Below the pieces are notes generated by a model. That model was not told the origin of the DNA. It did no database searches and saw nothing but the letters and a program-made list of their open reading frames with translations. Of a DNA stretch of 64,000 bases, positions 24,761 to 38,413 are shown in pieces. The DNA comes from Cetorhinus maximus. Lineage: Eukaryota. A program made the translations under genes and the position numbers. Position 1 is the stretch's first letter, and each line of letters opens with the position of its first letter. Location: contig NC_135896.1 in NCBI RefSeq assembly GCF_964194155.1, forward strand, positions 99,138,001-99,202,000. Direction: 5' to 3'.

Positions 24761-26279
24761 GCTCTTCTACCTGAAGATAGAAACAAATGGGCCGTCTTTC
24801 TTTCCCTCACTTTATTTTGCTCTTTGTAAGTGAATTGTGAATTCAATATTGAATTAAATATTCTAATTGACACTCCCTGGTTCAAACGATTACACTGCTT
24901 CAGTCTGATCGGTTAAGGAGAAAGATACAGCTGCTCCCCGGATGCCGCTGCTCTTTTTGCCTCTCTAATTACAGTTAGCTCCAGAGCCAAACTCTACTCA
25001 AAGTCTTTGGACAAGTGGCTCCCAGAGCAAATAACTGCACCGATTTCCCTGCTCTTGTGGTAACTGTTTTCAGCGATCTGCAGAGGCGGGGCCCAAGTTA
25101 TTAGTTGCATTCCATCGAGACTTTATCACACAAATAGCAACTTTGCTGTACAGGCGGTCTGGGCAACAGCTGAAACAACACATTAGATCGAATTCAGCGC
25201 TTCAGCTGAACTGTTCCAAATATCCAAATATCTGGCGTCCGCAGCATCTCGCTTTACAGTCTGACTGTTAAAACCTCTTGCTTTCGGTGATCTCTGACGT
25301 TCTTAAATTAGTTTTGAACAGGAAACTTAAAATTTATTTTTTTAGGCAACCTTGAGATGCTGAAATGTTCTGAGGGACCCCTATGTCTCCTGCCCTTTAA
25401 CTGTGTCACCCTGCACTTGGGATTTAGTCTTTTTTTTGACTGGAGAATTCCGCGTCTTTGGAACTCAGAGAACACGTTTTTATCTGCCAATGAACAGAAT
25501 ATGGTCGGTGCCACTTTATGTACCATTGGTCCTCCCACAGTTCCAGGCTCAGGACATTCCTATCAATTGCTCATCCACCTTCATGTTTTAAAAGACAAGG
25601 GAAAAATCCAGGAAGGAATCTGTCCATTTTTGTTCGGTCCAGAAGCAAAATAGGCCCTGGAGCGATACGACTGTTACAGCACATAGCTTGATATTTCTCA
25701 ATCTATAATAGTGATAGAAATGGAAATATAATTACTTAAATTGCTCCCACTTAATGTCATTTGTTAGAGGCAAACTCGGAATCAGTTGATATCAATAATT
25801 CCATGGATCACTCTAGTCATTCCTTCAAGAAAATTCAAGATTGCCTCGGTGAAACCATCTGGGATCCCCAATCCTCTCGGAGCCTTTCCTCGGTGTGTCG
25901 GGAATCGCGTAACCTAGGAAATTCCTCTTATACTTTTCTATTTTTAGTTACTGAACAGTTCAGTCAACACGTCTGTAGCTTTGAGGCGTTTCAGAACAGA
26001 CCACCCCACACACACACACACACAATCTCCCACTAAGAACCGAAGGCACTTACAGTGCATTGCCATGCAGATGCCTATAGACCAGTTTATTAAAGCAGTG
26101 ATATGACTATTATTTGCCATTATGTCTGTTACAAACTCCTACATTGTCTCAGAGGTGGGGCTGTTCATAGTTTCTTTCTGGTGTTCCCGATAGTTTCATC
26201 TTCCTGAGCTAATATGTTGTTAACATCACGTGGCAATCAATGCAGCATAGTTTAAATGGAGATTACTACTACATAAGTG

Positions 26280-26690
26280 ATGTATTGTATGTGTGTGTGT
26301 GCACATACATGTATTATATATGTACACGCGTAATACGTGTATGTATGTGCACACAGATGTGTACATACATAATACATGTATGTACATATAATACATGTAT
26401 GTACGTACATAATACGTGCATGTACACATATTATTTGTACATACATGTATAATGTATGTACACATATTATATATGTCCACATGTATTATTTGTACATACA
26501 TGTATAATGTATGTACACATATTATATATGTCCACACATGTATCATTTGTACATACATGTATAATGTATGTACACATATATTATATATATGTCCATGCAT
26601 GTATTATATATGTCCATACATGTATTATATGTACATACATAAACTTACACAATGTAATACATCAAATATACACTTGTACAATGTACATGG
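26280..26690. repeat. AT-rich low-complexity (tacata/tgta)n repeat
   Basis: Direct inspection. Confidence 0.9.
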
Positions 26691-27006
26691 CATTTTTATA
26701 TGTTGCTACAGTGGCTGGTACAATAAACGCGCCAAATCAGAATTTGAAAAGTGTTAGAATCAGAGTCACCCCAAGGTCCTGAGCTGAACACTGTCTAGGG
26801 AAATGTTGTATTTGTGCCATTCACATGAACATCCGATTGTAAAATGTAATGTAAATCGCGGGGAACATGCGGTAACACCCGCTGTGGCGCTATTCCTAGC
26901 CCACGAGTAATTGACTTTACGGCGCTGGCTTTTTGGGGGCGAGACTCCGGTCTGGCCCTCGCATTCCCACCTTTCGGCATTTACGGATGTTTTTTTCGTT
27001 GCAATT

Positions 27007-27266
27007 CCCTATTTGGCCACCCCTTTGATGTTTCTGTGCGGGCCGCTGCAGATTTGCAGGCTGCGGAAGACGCTGTCCTTACATGGGCTCGGTTTGGAGC
27101 TGCCGGGTCTGTGCACACACTGTGTGGTCTGTCTTCCTCTCCGCAGCCGCTCTCTCCATTAATGGTTTCACCGAGACTCAGTGGCGTGAAGGCGACCAAA
27201 TAAGGACAAGGTCTCGGGCTGTACCTGGGCGGGGTCTATGTTTCAGCAACACATCAGGGAATATAA
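27007..27266 (+). promoter_or_regulatory. ACTC1: ACTC1 proximal promoter: four CArG boxes, GC box, TATA
   Basis: CCCTATTTGG 27007, CCTTACATGG 27077, CCATTAATGG 27156, CCAAATAAGG 27196, GGGCGGGG 27227, TATAA 27262. Same order as the known vertebrate cardiac actin promoter. Confidence 0.88.
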
Positions 27267-27289
27267 GTTCTTGTCTCCCTCTCAATGAA

Positions 27290-27338
27290 TCTCCGACCCA
27301 GCATCGCAGAGGAACGGGTGACTGAAGGTGCTGCTCTG
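27290..27338 (+). other. ACTC1: ACTC1 non-coding exon 1 (start approximate)
   Basis: Begins about 28 nt after the TATA box and ends at the consensus donor CTG|GTAAGT (27339). Confidence 0.75.
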
Positions 27339-27748
27339 GTAAGTCCCCTAAAGCCTTTCTAAATCAGGGAGGTGAGGCAAGAGAGTAGAGCGGTCTGCTA
27401 TTGAAACGCTTCAAACTTGTACAGCCGCATTAGTTTTAAACCGAACTGGTTTAAGTGGAATTTCAGAGTAAAAAACGAATAACTTAAACTGATGAAGCGG
27501 GTGAACGGTTCTTGGACATACCGCAGCTATTCTGCAAAATTTACCCCATTAAAAAAAAGGAAAATTACAGTTCTCAATGTATTTTCACCAAATATAATTG
27601 AAGTGTTTTAGAAATATTCTCTATGAATCTCGGCATTGCTTGTTTTTTTCCCCCCAAGCCTTGCTATTATTTCATCAGGTGTCACAAGTGGACCATTCCA
27701 ACTAAGATTTTAATATTTTTGATAAAGAAACTAAGAGCTTAGTTGTAG

Positions 27749-27896
27749 CTGTATCCCAGTGTTATAGTGACAGACCTGTCCCCACCAGTACTGTACCCCA
27801 GTGTTATACAGTGACAGACCTGTCCCCACCAGTACTGCACCCCAGTGTTATACAGTGACAGACCTGTCCCCACCAGTACTGCACCCCAGTGTTATA
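27749..27896 (+). repeat. 44-bp tandem repeat, about 3.3 copies, in ACTC1 intron 1
   Basis: gtgacagacctgtccccaccagtactg[t/c]accccagtgttataca starts at 27767, 27811 and 27855. Confidence 0.93.
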
Positions 27897-28314
27897 ACAG
27901 AGTAACAGGGGAAAGGTTATTGGTTGTACCAGCACGCCGGAGCAATGTGAATCTAAGTCGAGTTGAACCTGGGATCACTATTTTCTGAGTGTAATTTGTG
28001 AAGAAGTGAATCCAACGGGAAGTATTGAAGCACAACTTAGCCCGAACTTCATACTTTGTTTGCTCTGCAGTCAGAGATATCTGACACCTGGTGTTATCGA
28101 CAAATAAATGCAACCCAAACTGGCCTTTATGGAAACAACTCAAAAGATAATTACAAACCAAGTGTCAATATAGCTTTAGAACTTACAGCTTTATTTATTT
28201 TTAACTACAGTTTAACGGCACCTAGTGCTAGGAAAATGACTTTGCAGTTAAACCATTCGAATAGCTAAATGTCAGGAAAATAGGAATTATTCATTTAGAG
28301 ATTATCGGTGGTAG

Positions 28315-28608
<294 letters not shown>

Positions 28609-28908
28609 TAGCCTCATCTTTAGTGAAATGTAAAACTCGCCAGGATTTTGTACAGTTGTTTGCTCAACTTTAGAAGCTTTCCCAACTTGAGACACTCAAA
28701 CTTTACCATTTCTAGGGTCTCCGACGTTGTACTCTTAAACTTTTTAATCAAGTAGTAAAATTTGCTCTTTAAGTTATTGACTAAATGCTTATGCGTTTGG
28801 TCTGTGCCAAAAATTTATTCATTATCACCTTATAGTACAGACTGAACAATATGAAGGTAGAAGCTGGTTAATGTTCAAACAGTTAATGTATCTTTTTATA
28901 CATCATAG

Positions 28909-29256
<348 letters not shown>

Positions 29257-29554
29257 TGATGCTTACTGACATGACAGATACTTCAGACAGTCCCCTGAAA
29301 TTACAGGACTTACTTTCAAATGTAAAATCCCAGGAACCAGTAGAATTTAAAGAATATTGATTTCACATTTTTTAAAATTATCATCCAAAATATTACTGCA
29401 TATTAATTTTATTTAACAAACATTGATAAGCCTTATCAGTAATTCATCCATAATGAATATAATGCTTCTGAATTTTGTATTACATTGATGGAGATACTGA
29501 AATGTAAAATTGACCTATAATCATTACCTGAGAAATGCTGAATCTGTGATGTGA

Positions 29555-30126
<572 letters not shown>

Positions 30127-30480
30127 TGACTTTGATAGGCACTCTGAAATATAAATATTACTGTCCAGAAAGTCTGGTTGTGAAGGATAAAACAGGAGTC
30201 GATCTTTACATACTTTTATAAACATTTATTCACAGAGATGTACATTATAAACATATACTTCCTAAGCTCAGGCTCCAATTCTCATCTGTTCCTATTTATA
30301 GGAGACTAAGCGAATCCCTAGTGAATACCCACCACCTGTAACCAGTTCAGTGCAATTAATATACAACTAACAACCTATACCCAATACCTAAAAATGTTCA
30401 ATCATTCCAGTCAAACTTCTCTAATGAATTAAAACCTGCAGGTAATACATGTAAATCTATGATAAGAACCTACTGATGGA

Positions 30481-30619
30481 AACTCTTTCGAGTTATCAAC
30501 AGTCACAGATTGCAACTCTTTTGAGTACAATCACAGTTCTTGGTTTCCGGGAGTGGGACATGAACCCACAACCCTCTGATTCAAAGGTGAGGGTGCTATG
30601 AACTGAGCCACAGCTGACA
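30481..30619 (-). repeat. 139-bp element with a tRNA-SINE-like head, copy 1 (ACTC1 intron 5)
   Basis: 130/139 identical to the reverse complement of 47087-47225. Confidence 0.85.
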
Positions 30620-30622
30620 TGA

Positions 30623-31015
<393 letters not shown>

Positions 31016-31300
31016 TAATAAAAGAAGTGGAATTAAATTTTAGCGCAATTCCAGAAATGTTATAGGCAAAACTATTGTGCATTCTGCTAGTACTATATAT
31101 AATTGTAAAAGATACTCTGTTCTTACAACAGATGCTAATTTAAGCAAATTTATTCCTTAATCATCTAATTTTGATAATTCTCTGTTATTTTATAACATAC
31201 TATTACCGTACAATTTTAAGATTTCTAAAATATTCCTGTGCTGCAATGTGTGAAGATAGATTTCAGGTAGAATTGCTTCAGTGCATACCAGTGCTAATGA

Positions 31301-31462
<162 letters not shown>

Positions 31463-31631
31463 ACATCATGATTTTAACTTACTTGGAACTCAGGTTGATA
31501 AGATTGTGCCTCTGGTTACTTTGAATCAACAGGCCACTGGGAAATACAAAATAGTTTCAAAACTATTTTCATTGTACAGTTTGTTTACACATGTGCAATT
31601 TATTTGTGACAATAATATTTATTGATCTATG

Positions 31632-31637
31632 AATAAA
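31632..31637 (+). terminator. ACTC1: ACTC1 polyadenylation signal
   Basis: AATAAA about 170 nt after the stop codon. Confidence 0.75.
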
Positions 31638-32389
31638 ACAAGACTGCAAATTATGAATAGCGTCTAAATTGGGGTGGTGCGGAGGGGGAGGAATTGGCAG
31701 TACATGGAGGTGACAACATGAGAGATATTTGATGGGGTCTATTTACACCTCAACTTTGGTGTCACCACCCAACTGTTGAATTTACAGGTAGCCTATAAAC
31801 AGGGGGGGAGATCTCTAATTGACTGCAGCGATCCTATTCCAACTGGCTTCAGGGAGAGATTTGAATCTGGTTTCAGGCTGCATTCACTCTATAGCTGTAA
31901 CATCTGTGTGAAGGAAACAACTTGAATCATAACTATATAATTCCACCCTTGCACTTCAGGTTTAATCCACATAAGCAATTTTAACTCAGCACCAACACTA
32001 ATCTAGCTCTGTAAATCTAGAGTAAGGGCCTGTGCTGACTCCACAAACAAGTGTAGTGGGATGCCCAGGAGATGGTAGACTCACACCAACTACTTTGACA
32101 GGAGGCAGAGATGAACTCCAGTGATTTTATATTTGGGTTACAAAGGGTTCAAGGGGTCGGTTTGAATATGTACAGTGCAGGAATTCTTCACCCCGTTAAT
32201 TCCCTACACACACACTTCTAAAACATTTGAATGTTTAACTGTTGGGGTAGGGAGTCCTGCTCACCCACATATCCAGCCACACACAAAACAATTCCAGTTC
32301 CAAGCAGGCAATGGAAACCCCAATCTCTGATATTGTTGAACACCACTAAATGAGCAATTTGACCAACAATGTTGATGTGAATCAAACAC

Positions 32390-32720
32390 TGAAAAATATG
32401 AAATAAAAACAAAAATGCTGGAAAATCTCAGCAGGTCTGGCAGCAGTCTGTGGAAGGAGAAACAGAGTTAATGTTTCGAGACTAATATGACTCTTCTTCG
32501 GAACTGGAGAGAGGTAAAAATGTGATGGGTTTTTATGCTGTTGTAAAATGGTGGAGCAAAATGGAAGGCAGGGATAGGTTAGAGGCAGGAGAGATTAAAT
32601 AACAAAGATGTCATGGAACACAAGACAGAGGGAGTGATAATGGTAGCATTAAAGTCTAAAGCTTTGGTCCAGAGTATGTGTTAACAGCAGAATAAAGGTC
32701 AGCACTATCTGAAAGCAACA
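32390..32720 (-). mobile_element. Penelope-like tail fragment
   Basis: Same family as 24421-24760. Confidence 0.6.
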
Positions 32721-34520
32721 TGAAAGCAGTGAAATATGGATGTACTCCTGTTAACTCTTTACAAATGGACATTGACATACTGTGGGTAGAGCTTCGATAT
32801 ATATTGTGATCATTTTTAATACTTCAGATTTGAAGCCATTGAGCAGAAGCAAAAACGACGCACTAAAGAAATACCATATATGAATAAGGAATGTGAAATG
32901 GCGCTCCTCCTGAAGGTTAATATCGAGACCAATATTGACTAAAAGAGAAAATCAAGTGCTAGGGGCAAATTAAATTGAACAAGAAGACATCCATCGAATA
33001 CTCTGAGTCTGTCTGTTCAAAGTAAATATGGGATCACCAAACAAATGACAAGGAAGGCAAATATTAAAGTTGCCATTGTCTTTTGGGGGATTCAACTTTG
33101 ACCTTAGATAAGTTTCACACTGATTCATTTGTAAAATGGATAACTTTAGTCATGGTGAAACTTGTAATGAGGTTACCAACTTCCCCAATAATTTCAATCC
33201 TTCTTTATGCCTGTTAGACAAAATATATTTTAGATCCATGAAGCTATTCCTAAAATTTATAACAGCCTTAGATAAAAGAATTGTTGGTTAGCTCAGTTGG
33301 CTAGATGGCTAGAGTATGGTGTTGAATGACGTCAACGGTTTGGGTTTGATTCCCTTACTGGCTGTGGTAGTTCATGGAGGTCTGCCTCCTTGCCTATGCT
33401 TGAAATGGAGTGATGCCTCTCAAGCTATATAACCACATTGCTGTCTAACAGAGAGAGATGCCTTTGGTCCCTTGTGGACTATGGTTCATTACAAATAAAA
33501 CAGTATGAGTACCATTCATATTGCATCAGTTCAACGAGATGAGCAGAAATAGAAGCTGACGTTTCATCATGTAATACATGCTAATCCTGGGCTTTTCATT
33601 TCCATTGATAAAACATGGCTTCTCACAGGAATAATCTCAAGTATACACTGTGATCCCTAATAACTTTCTAATCCCTGGAAAATGTGTGATAAGTCACGCC
33701 TGTCTTTTCAGAAAGGTCCATTTGGCAGTGTTACAATAAATACCAGCTGCACCAGGATCTAGAGTGGTGCGGGCATGTTCCAGCAACAACAAAAAGAGTG
33801 CCCTGAAAATCAACTGGTGCCTTTTAAGCCATATCAATTGAGCATTGCACTTCTCTTTTTCAAATAATTTAGGATGAACTTTTCTCATCATTGTATTTCC
33901 TCTTTAGTTTTAATATTCCAGTTATGTTAGAGTGAAGTTTACATGTAAAAGCATTCAAACCAGATGCAATGTCAGGTTGTATAGATTGGAGGAAATGCAG
34001 ACAGCAGTGAGGGATTATAAAGCAGGAACTGATGGAAATTACAGTGTAAAAGTAAATTCAAGCTTAATGTTGAGGACTGGAATTATATCCAAAGTAAAGG
34101 CATTTGTTTAATATAAATAGTTATTAACCTATATAGTCTGTTAGAATTGAGGACAAATCATACAATAATCTGTTGTGTTTTAGATCATTCTTTTCTTCAT
34201 GGAGAGGGTTTTGGGTTTGAGTTATCTGTAAGGATTCTGTTTTAAAACAAAACAGGTTCAAAAAGAAAGTCCACAGGCTACAAGAATTCAGTATGTGAAC
34301 TGAAGGCAAATGGGTCAGGTTTGTAGAAATCACAATTGATAATATGGAAATTAATTATCACATTTCAGGCCTATTAGCTATTCATCTTGAGAATAGCCCC
34401 CATATCTGAATCAAATAGCGGAGGTTGTTTTATTGATTAACCTCGATGGGGAGGAAATCACCATCTTAACCCTTTCACCTGGCTGGGGGCATGGAGGGAC
34501 TAAAAGGAACAGCTAGGTAA

Positions 34521-34902
34521 TAGGGTTGCCAACCCTCTGGTATTGTCCTTCAGTCTCCATAAATTAAAGATTAATCTCCAGTCTCCTGCGCCAAACAACC
34601 CAGGAGAAAATTCATAAGGCATTAAAAATGATGAGTTTTAAAAGAAATTCTTTTGAACAGTTTTTTGTTTACCAGCTATATAACTAAATATAAGATTGAT
34701 AAAAGGCTTAACTGACAGTGAAAAATCATTCAATCAAGCAAGAAAGAACCTTTTCACTTTCCAGTTGATGTGGGAAGAAGATGCCCCACGTTCTGGACAT
34801 GTCAAGGCACGCAATGGTGGGAGTGTAGGGTGGGATGTTTGAAGGAAGGAGGTCATGTGATTAAATCTCTCAGAATATGTCCAGCCAAAGTTGGCAACCT
34901 TA
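34521..34902. mobile_element. hAT-type MITE
   Basis: TIRs TAGGGTTGCCAAC / GTTGGCAACCTTA; 8-bp TSD ctaggtaa/ctaggcag. Confidence 0.75.
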
Positions 34903-35284
34903 CTAGGCAGTGAGCTTTGAATCTATGGAACAAGATGTTGGTTGTGTGATGAGTGCAGGTTCATTGGGCAAGATTCTATCTCAGTCATAACCAACCCACT
35001 TGCAGAGAATTAAAATCAGGCCCATATCATCAAGAAAGAACTGGCTGGGGAGGAGATTGCGTCAACAAGATGTAGGTACCGAATAACATGTCACACTCAG
35101 TGCAGCCACCTGGATTAGTTTGAATAACCTAAAAGAATCGGAACAGTGTTTTCCAAATTTTTTTCCTTGAATTGGCCTTATGTTTTTCACCTCACTCAGG
35201 AGAGTAAAAAGAAATCTCTTGACTTGATCTCTTGTTGGCATCACAACAGTATGGAAAAATGGACTGGCTGATCCTTATCTGAAG

Positions 35285-35695
35285 CTAAAACAGAAAATGC
35301 TGGAAAAACTCAGCAGGTCTGACAGCGTCTGTGGAGATGGAAACAGAGTTAACGTTTTGAATCTGTATGACCCTTCTTCAGAGCTAAAGAGAAGTAGAAA
35401 TGTGATCAAATTTACATTGCCATTAACACTCCCTTTGTCCTTTTGTTCATGACATCTTTGTCAATCTTTCCTTTGCCCCCACCTATCGCTGGCCTTCTAT
35501 CCAGCTTCACCTACTCCACCCCCTCTTAAACAGTATAAATTTCATCACATTTTTACTTCTCTTTGGCTCTGAAGAAGTCATACAGAATCAAAATGTCAAC
35601 CCTGTTTATCTCTCCACAGATGCTATTAAACCTGCTGAGTTTTTGCAGCATTTTCTGTTTTTGTGTCAGATTTCCAGAATCTGCAGTATTTTGCT
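35285..35695. mobile_element. Palindromic element made of two inverted Penelope tails
   Basis: The left arm (35285-35415) is the reverse complement of the right arm (about 35535-35665). Confidence 0.7.
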
Positions 35696-36180
35696 TTGAT
35701 GTTTATCTGGTTTCAAATGTTTATATATGCCCGTGAGCTCTGGAGGATGACACTCTGGAGGGGCATTAGAAGAGATGAGTTGAAGTAGGAAGTTCACCTG
35801 GCCAAGAAGAGGGCTCAGAGAAAACAGAGGCCAGCACATTTTGCACCTTCTTAGCTCACTGTCATGTTGCCAAGCCAGAGTGGGGCTCCTGAGCTGCACA
35901 GACGATGTTTAATACAGGATTGGCAACCAGGGTGCAAACCATTGTCTCCCAAGATGGAAGGCTGCCAAAGAATGTTTCAAAGAAATAAGATCCTTCAAGG
36001 TATAGGCCTGAGGCCCATAACTGGAAGCAAAAATACAGGATGGCAATGCTGCTTGCAGCTAGATTTTGCCAAAAAGAAAGCAAGCTATCCAACAAAAGGG
36101 ATAAGCTGCAGTTTATTTGAATCAATCAGCACATACAGTATAAATTGTTGTATTCCCCTAATATTGGTCTGCTTGCGAGT

Positions 36181-36212
36181 GTCCTGATGAGTGCAAGATG
36201 AAAAGCTTAGAC
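36181..36212 (+). ncRNA. Minimal hammerhead-ribozyme motif (Penelope-associated)
   Basis: gtc-CTGATGA-gtgcaagat-GAAA-agct-TA-gac: conserved core boxes, palindromic stem III, stem I gtc/gac. Confidence 0.55.
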
Positions 36213-36322
36213 GTGTCTCTTTTTTCAGCAAACTCAAGCAGTTTGCTTTTTCTGTTAATCTATATTTCGCTTACCTATGAAATAAAGTAGCTAATTTTTC
36301 ATATCTGGCCTCATTTCATGTC

Positions 36323-38413
36323 TCCAGGACTGTTTGTTTCCAGGACTGTCACTGACCTCATCTCCTCTGGAGATCTTCCTCCCACAGCTTCCAACCTGAT
36401 AGTCGCCCAACCTCGGACGGCCCGCTCTATCTCCTACCCAAAATCCACAAACAGAACTGTCCCGGCAGACCGATCGTGTCAGCCTGTTCCTGCCCCACGG
36501 AACTCATTTCTCGTTATCTTGACTCCCTTCTCTCTCCCCTTGTCCAGTCCCTTCCCACCTACATCCATGATTCCTCTGACACCTTACGTCACATCAACAA
36601 TTTCCAGTTCCCTGGCCCCAACCGCTTCCTCTTCACCATGGACGTCCAATCCCTCTACACCTCCATCCCCCACCAGGATGGTCTTAGCTTCTTCCTTGAA
36701 CAGAGGCCCGAACAATCCCCATCCACCACTACTCTCCTCCGTCTGGCTGAACTTGTTCTTACACTGAACAATTTCTCCTTTAACTCCCCTCACTTCCTCC
36801 AAATAAAAGGTGTGGCTATGGGTACCCGCATGGGCCCCAGCTATGCCTGTCTCTTTATGGGGTATGTGGAACATTCCTTGTTCCAGTCCTACTCCGGCCC
36901 CCTCCCACAACTCTTTCTCCGGTACATCGATGATTACTTCGGTGCTGCTTCATGCTCTCGTCGGGACCTGGAAAAATTTATTAATTTTGCTTTCAATCTC
37001 CACCCCTCCATCATTTTCACATGGTCCATCTCTGACACTTCCCTTCCCTTCCTTGACCGCTCTGTCTCAATTTCTGGTGATAGACTGTCCACCAATATCC
37101 ATTACAAGCCTACCGGCTCCCACAGCTACCTCGACTACAGCTCCTCACACCCCGCTTCCTGTAAGGACTCCATCCCATTCTTTCAGTTCATTCGCCTCCG
37201 TCGCATCTGTTCTGATGATGCTACCTTCAAAAACAGTTCCTCTGACATGTCCTCCTTCTTCCTTAACCGAAGTTTTCCACCCACGGTCGTTGACAGGGCC
37301 CTCAACCGTGTCCGGCCCATCTCCCGCGCATCCGCCCTCACGCCTTCTCCTCCCTCCCAGAAACATGATAGGGTCCCCCTTATCACCCCACCAGCCTCTG
37401 CATTCGAAGGATCATCCTCCGCCATTTCCGCCAACTCCAGCATGATGCCACCACCAAACACATCTTCCCTTCACCCCACCTGGTGGCATTCCGTAGGGAT
37501 CGTTCCCTCCGGGACACCCTGGTCCACTCCTCCATCACCCCCTACTCCTCAACCCCCACCTATGGCACCTCCCCATGCCCACGCAGAAGATGCAACACCT
37601 GCCCCTTCACTTCCTCTCTCCTCACCGTCCAAGGGCCCAAACACTCCTTTCAAGTGAAGCAGCATTTCACTTGCATTTCCCCTAACTTAGTCTACTGCAT
37701 TCGTTGCTCCCAATGCGGTCTCCTCTACATTGGAGAGACCAAACGTAAACTGGGCGACCGCTTTGCAGAACACCTGCGGTCTGTCCGCAAGAAAGACCCA
37801 AACCTCCCTGTCGCTTGCCATTTTAACACTCCACCCTGCTCTCTTGCCCACATGTCTGTCCTTGGCTTACTGCATTGTTCCAGTGAAGCCCAACGCAAAC
37901 TGGAGGAACAGCACCTCATCTTCCAACTAAGCACTTTACAGCCTTCTGGACTGAATATTGAATTCAACAACTTTAGATCTTGAACTCCCTCCTCCATCCC
38001 CACCCCCTTTCTGTTTCTTCCCCCTCCCTTTTGTTTTTTCCAATAATTTATACAGATTTTTCTTTTCCCACCTATTTCCATTATTTCCAAATCTACCTTG
38101 AGTGTCCTGCCATCCATTCTTAATTAGCACATTCGTTTAGATAATATCACCACCTTCAACACCTCTTTGTTCCTTTGTCTGTGACATCTTTTGATTAACT
38201 GCTCCTATCACTGCTTGCTTGTCCCTACAACCACCTCCCCCCCAACTTCTCTCCCCCCACCCCCCCCACCTTAAATCACCTTATATTTCACCCCTCTCCT
38301 AATATTACTCAGTTCTGTTGAAGGGTCATGAAGACTCGAAACGTCAACTCTTTTCTTCTCCGCCGATGCTGCCAGACCTGCTGAGTTTTTCCAGGTAATT
38401 CTGTTTTTGTTTT
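36323..38413 (+). mobile_element. Penelope-like retroelement, 5'-truncated (RT plus GIY-YIG endonuclease, frameshifted)
   Basis: MDVQSLYT, GVAMGTRMGPSYA, RYIDD and VYCIRC..YIGET motifs. 13-bp direct repeat ctcatttcatgtc at 36310-36322 and 38414-38426. Confidence 0.93.

Noticed and set aside
26226-26782. Cys/Tyr/His-rich ORFs
   Set aside because: Derived from the low-complexity (tacata)n repeat.
36476-37983. Intact, active Penelope ORF or a host gene
   Set aside because: 5'-truncated and frameshifted near 36430 and 37385.
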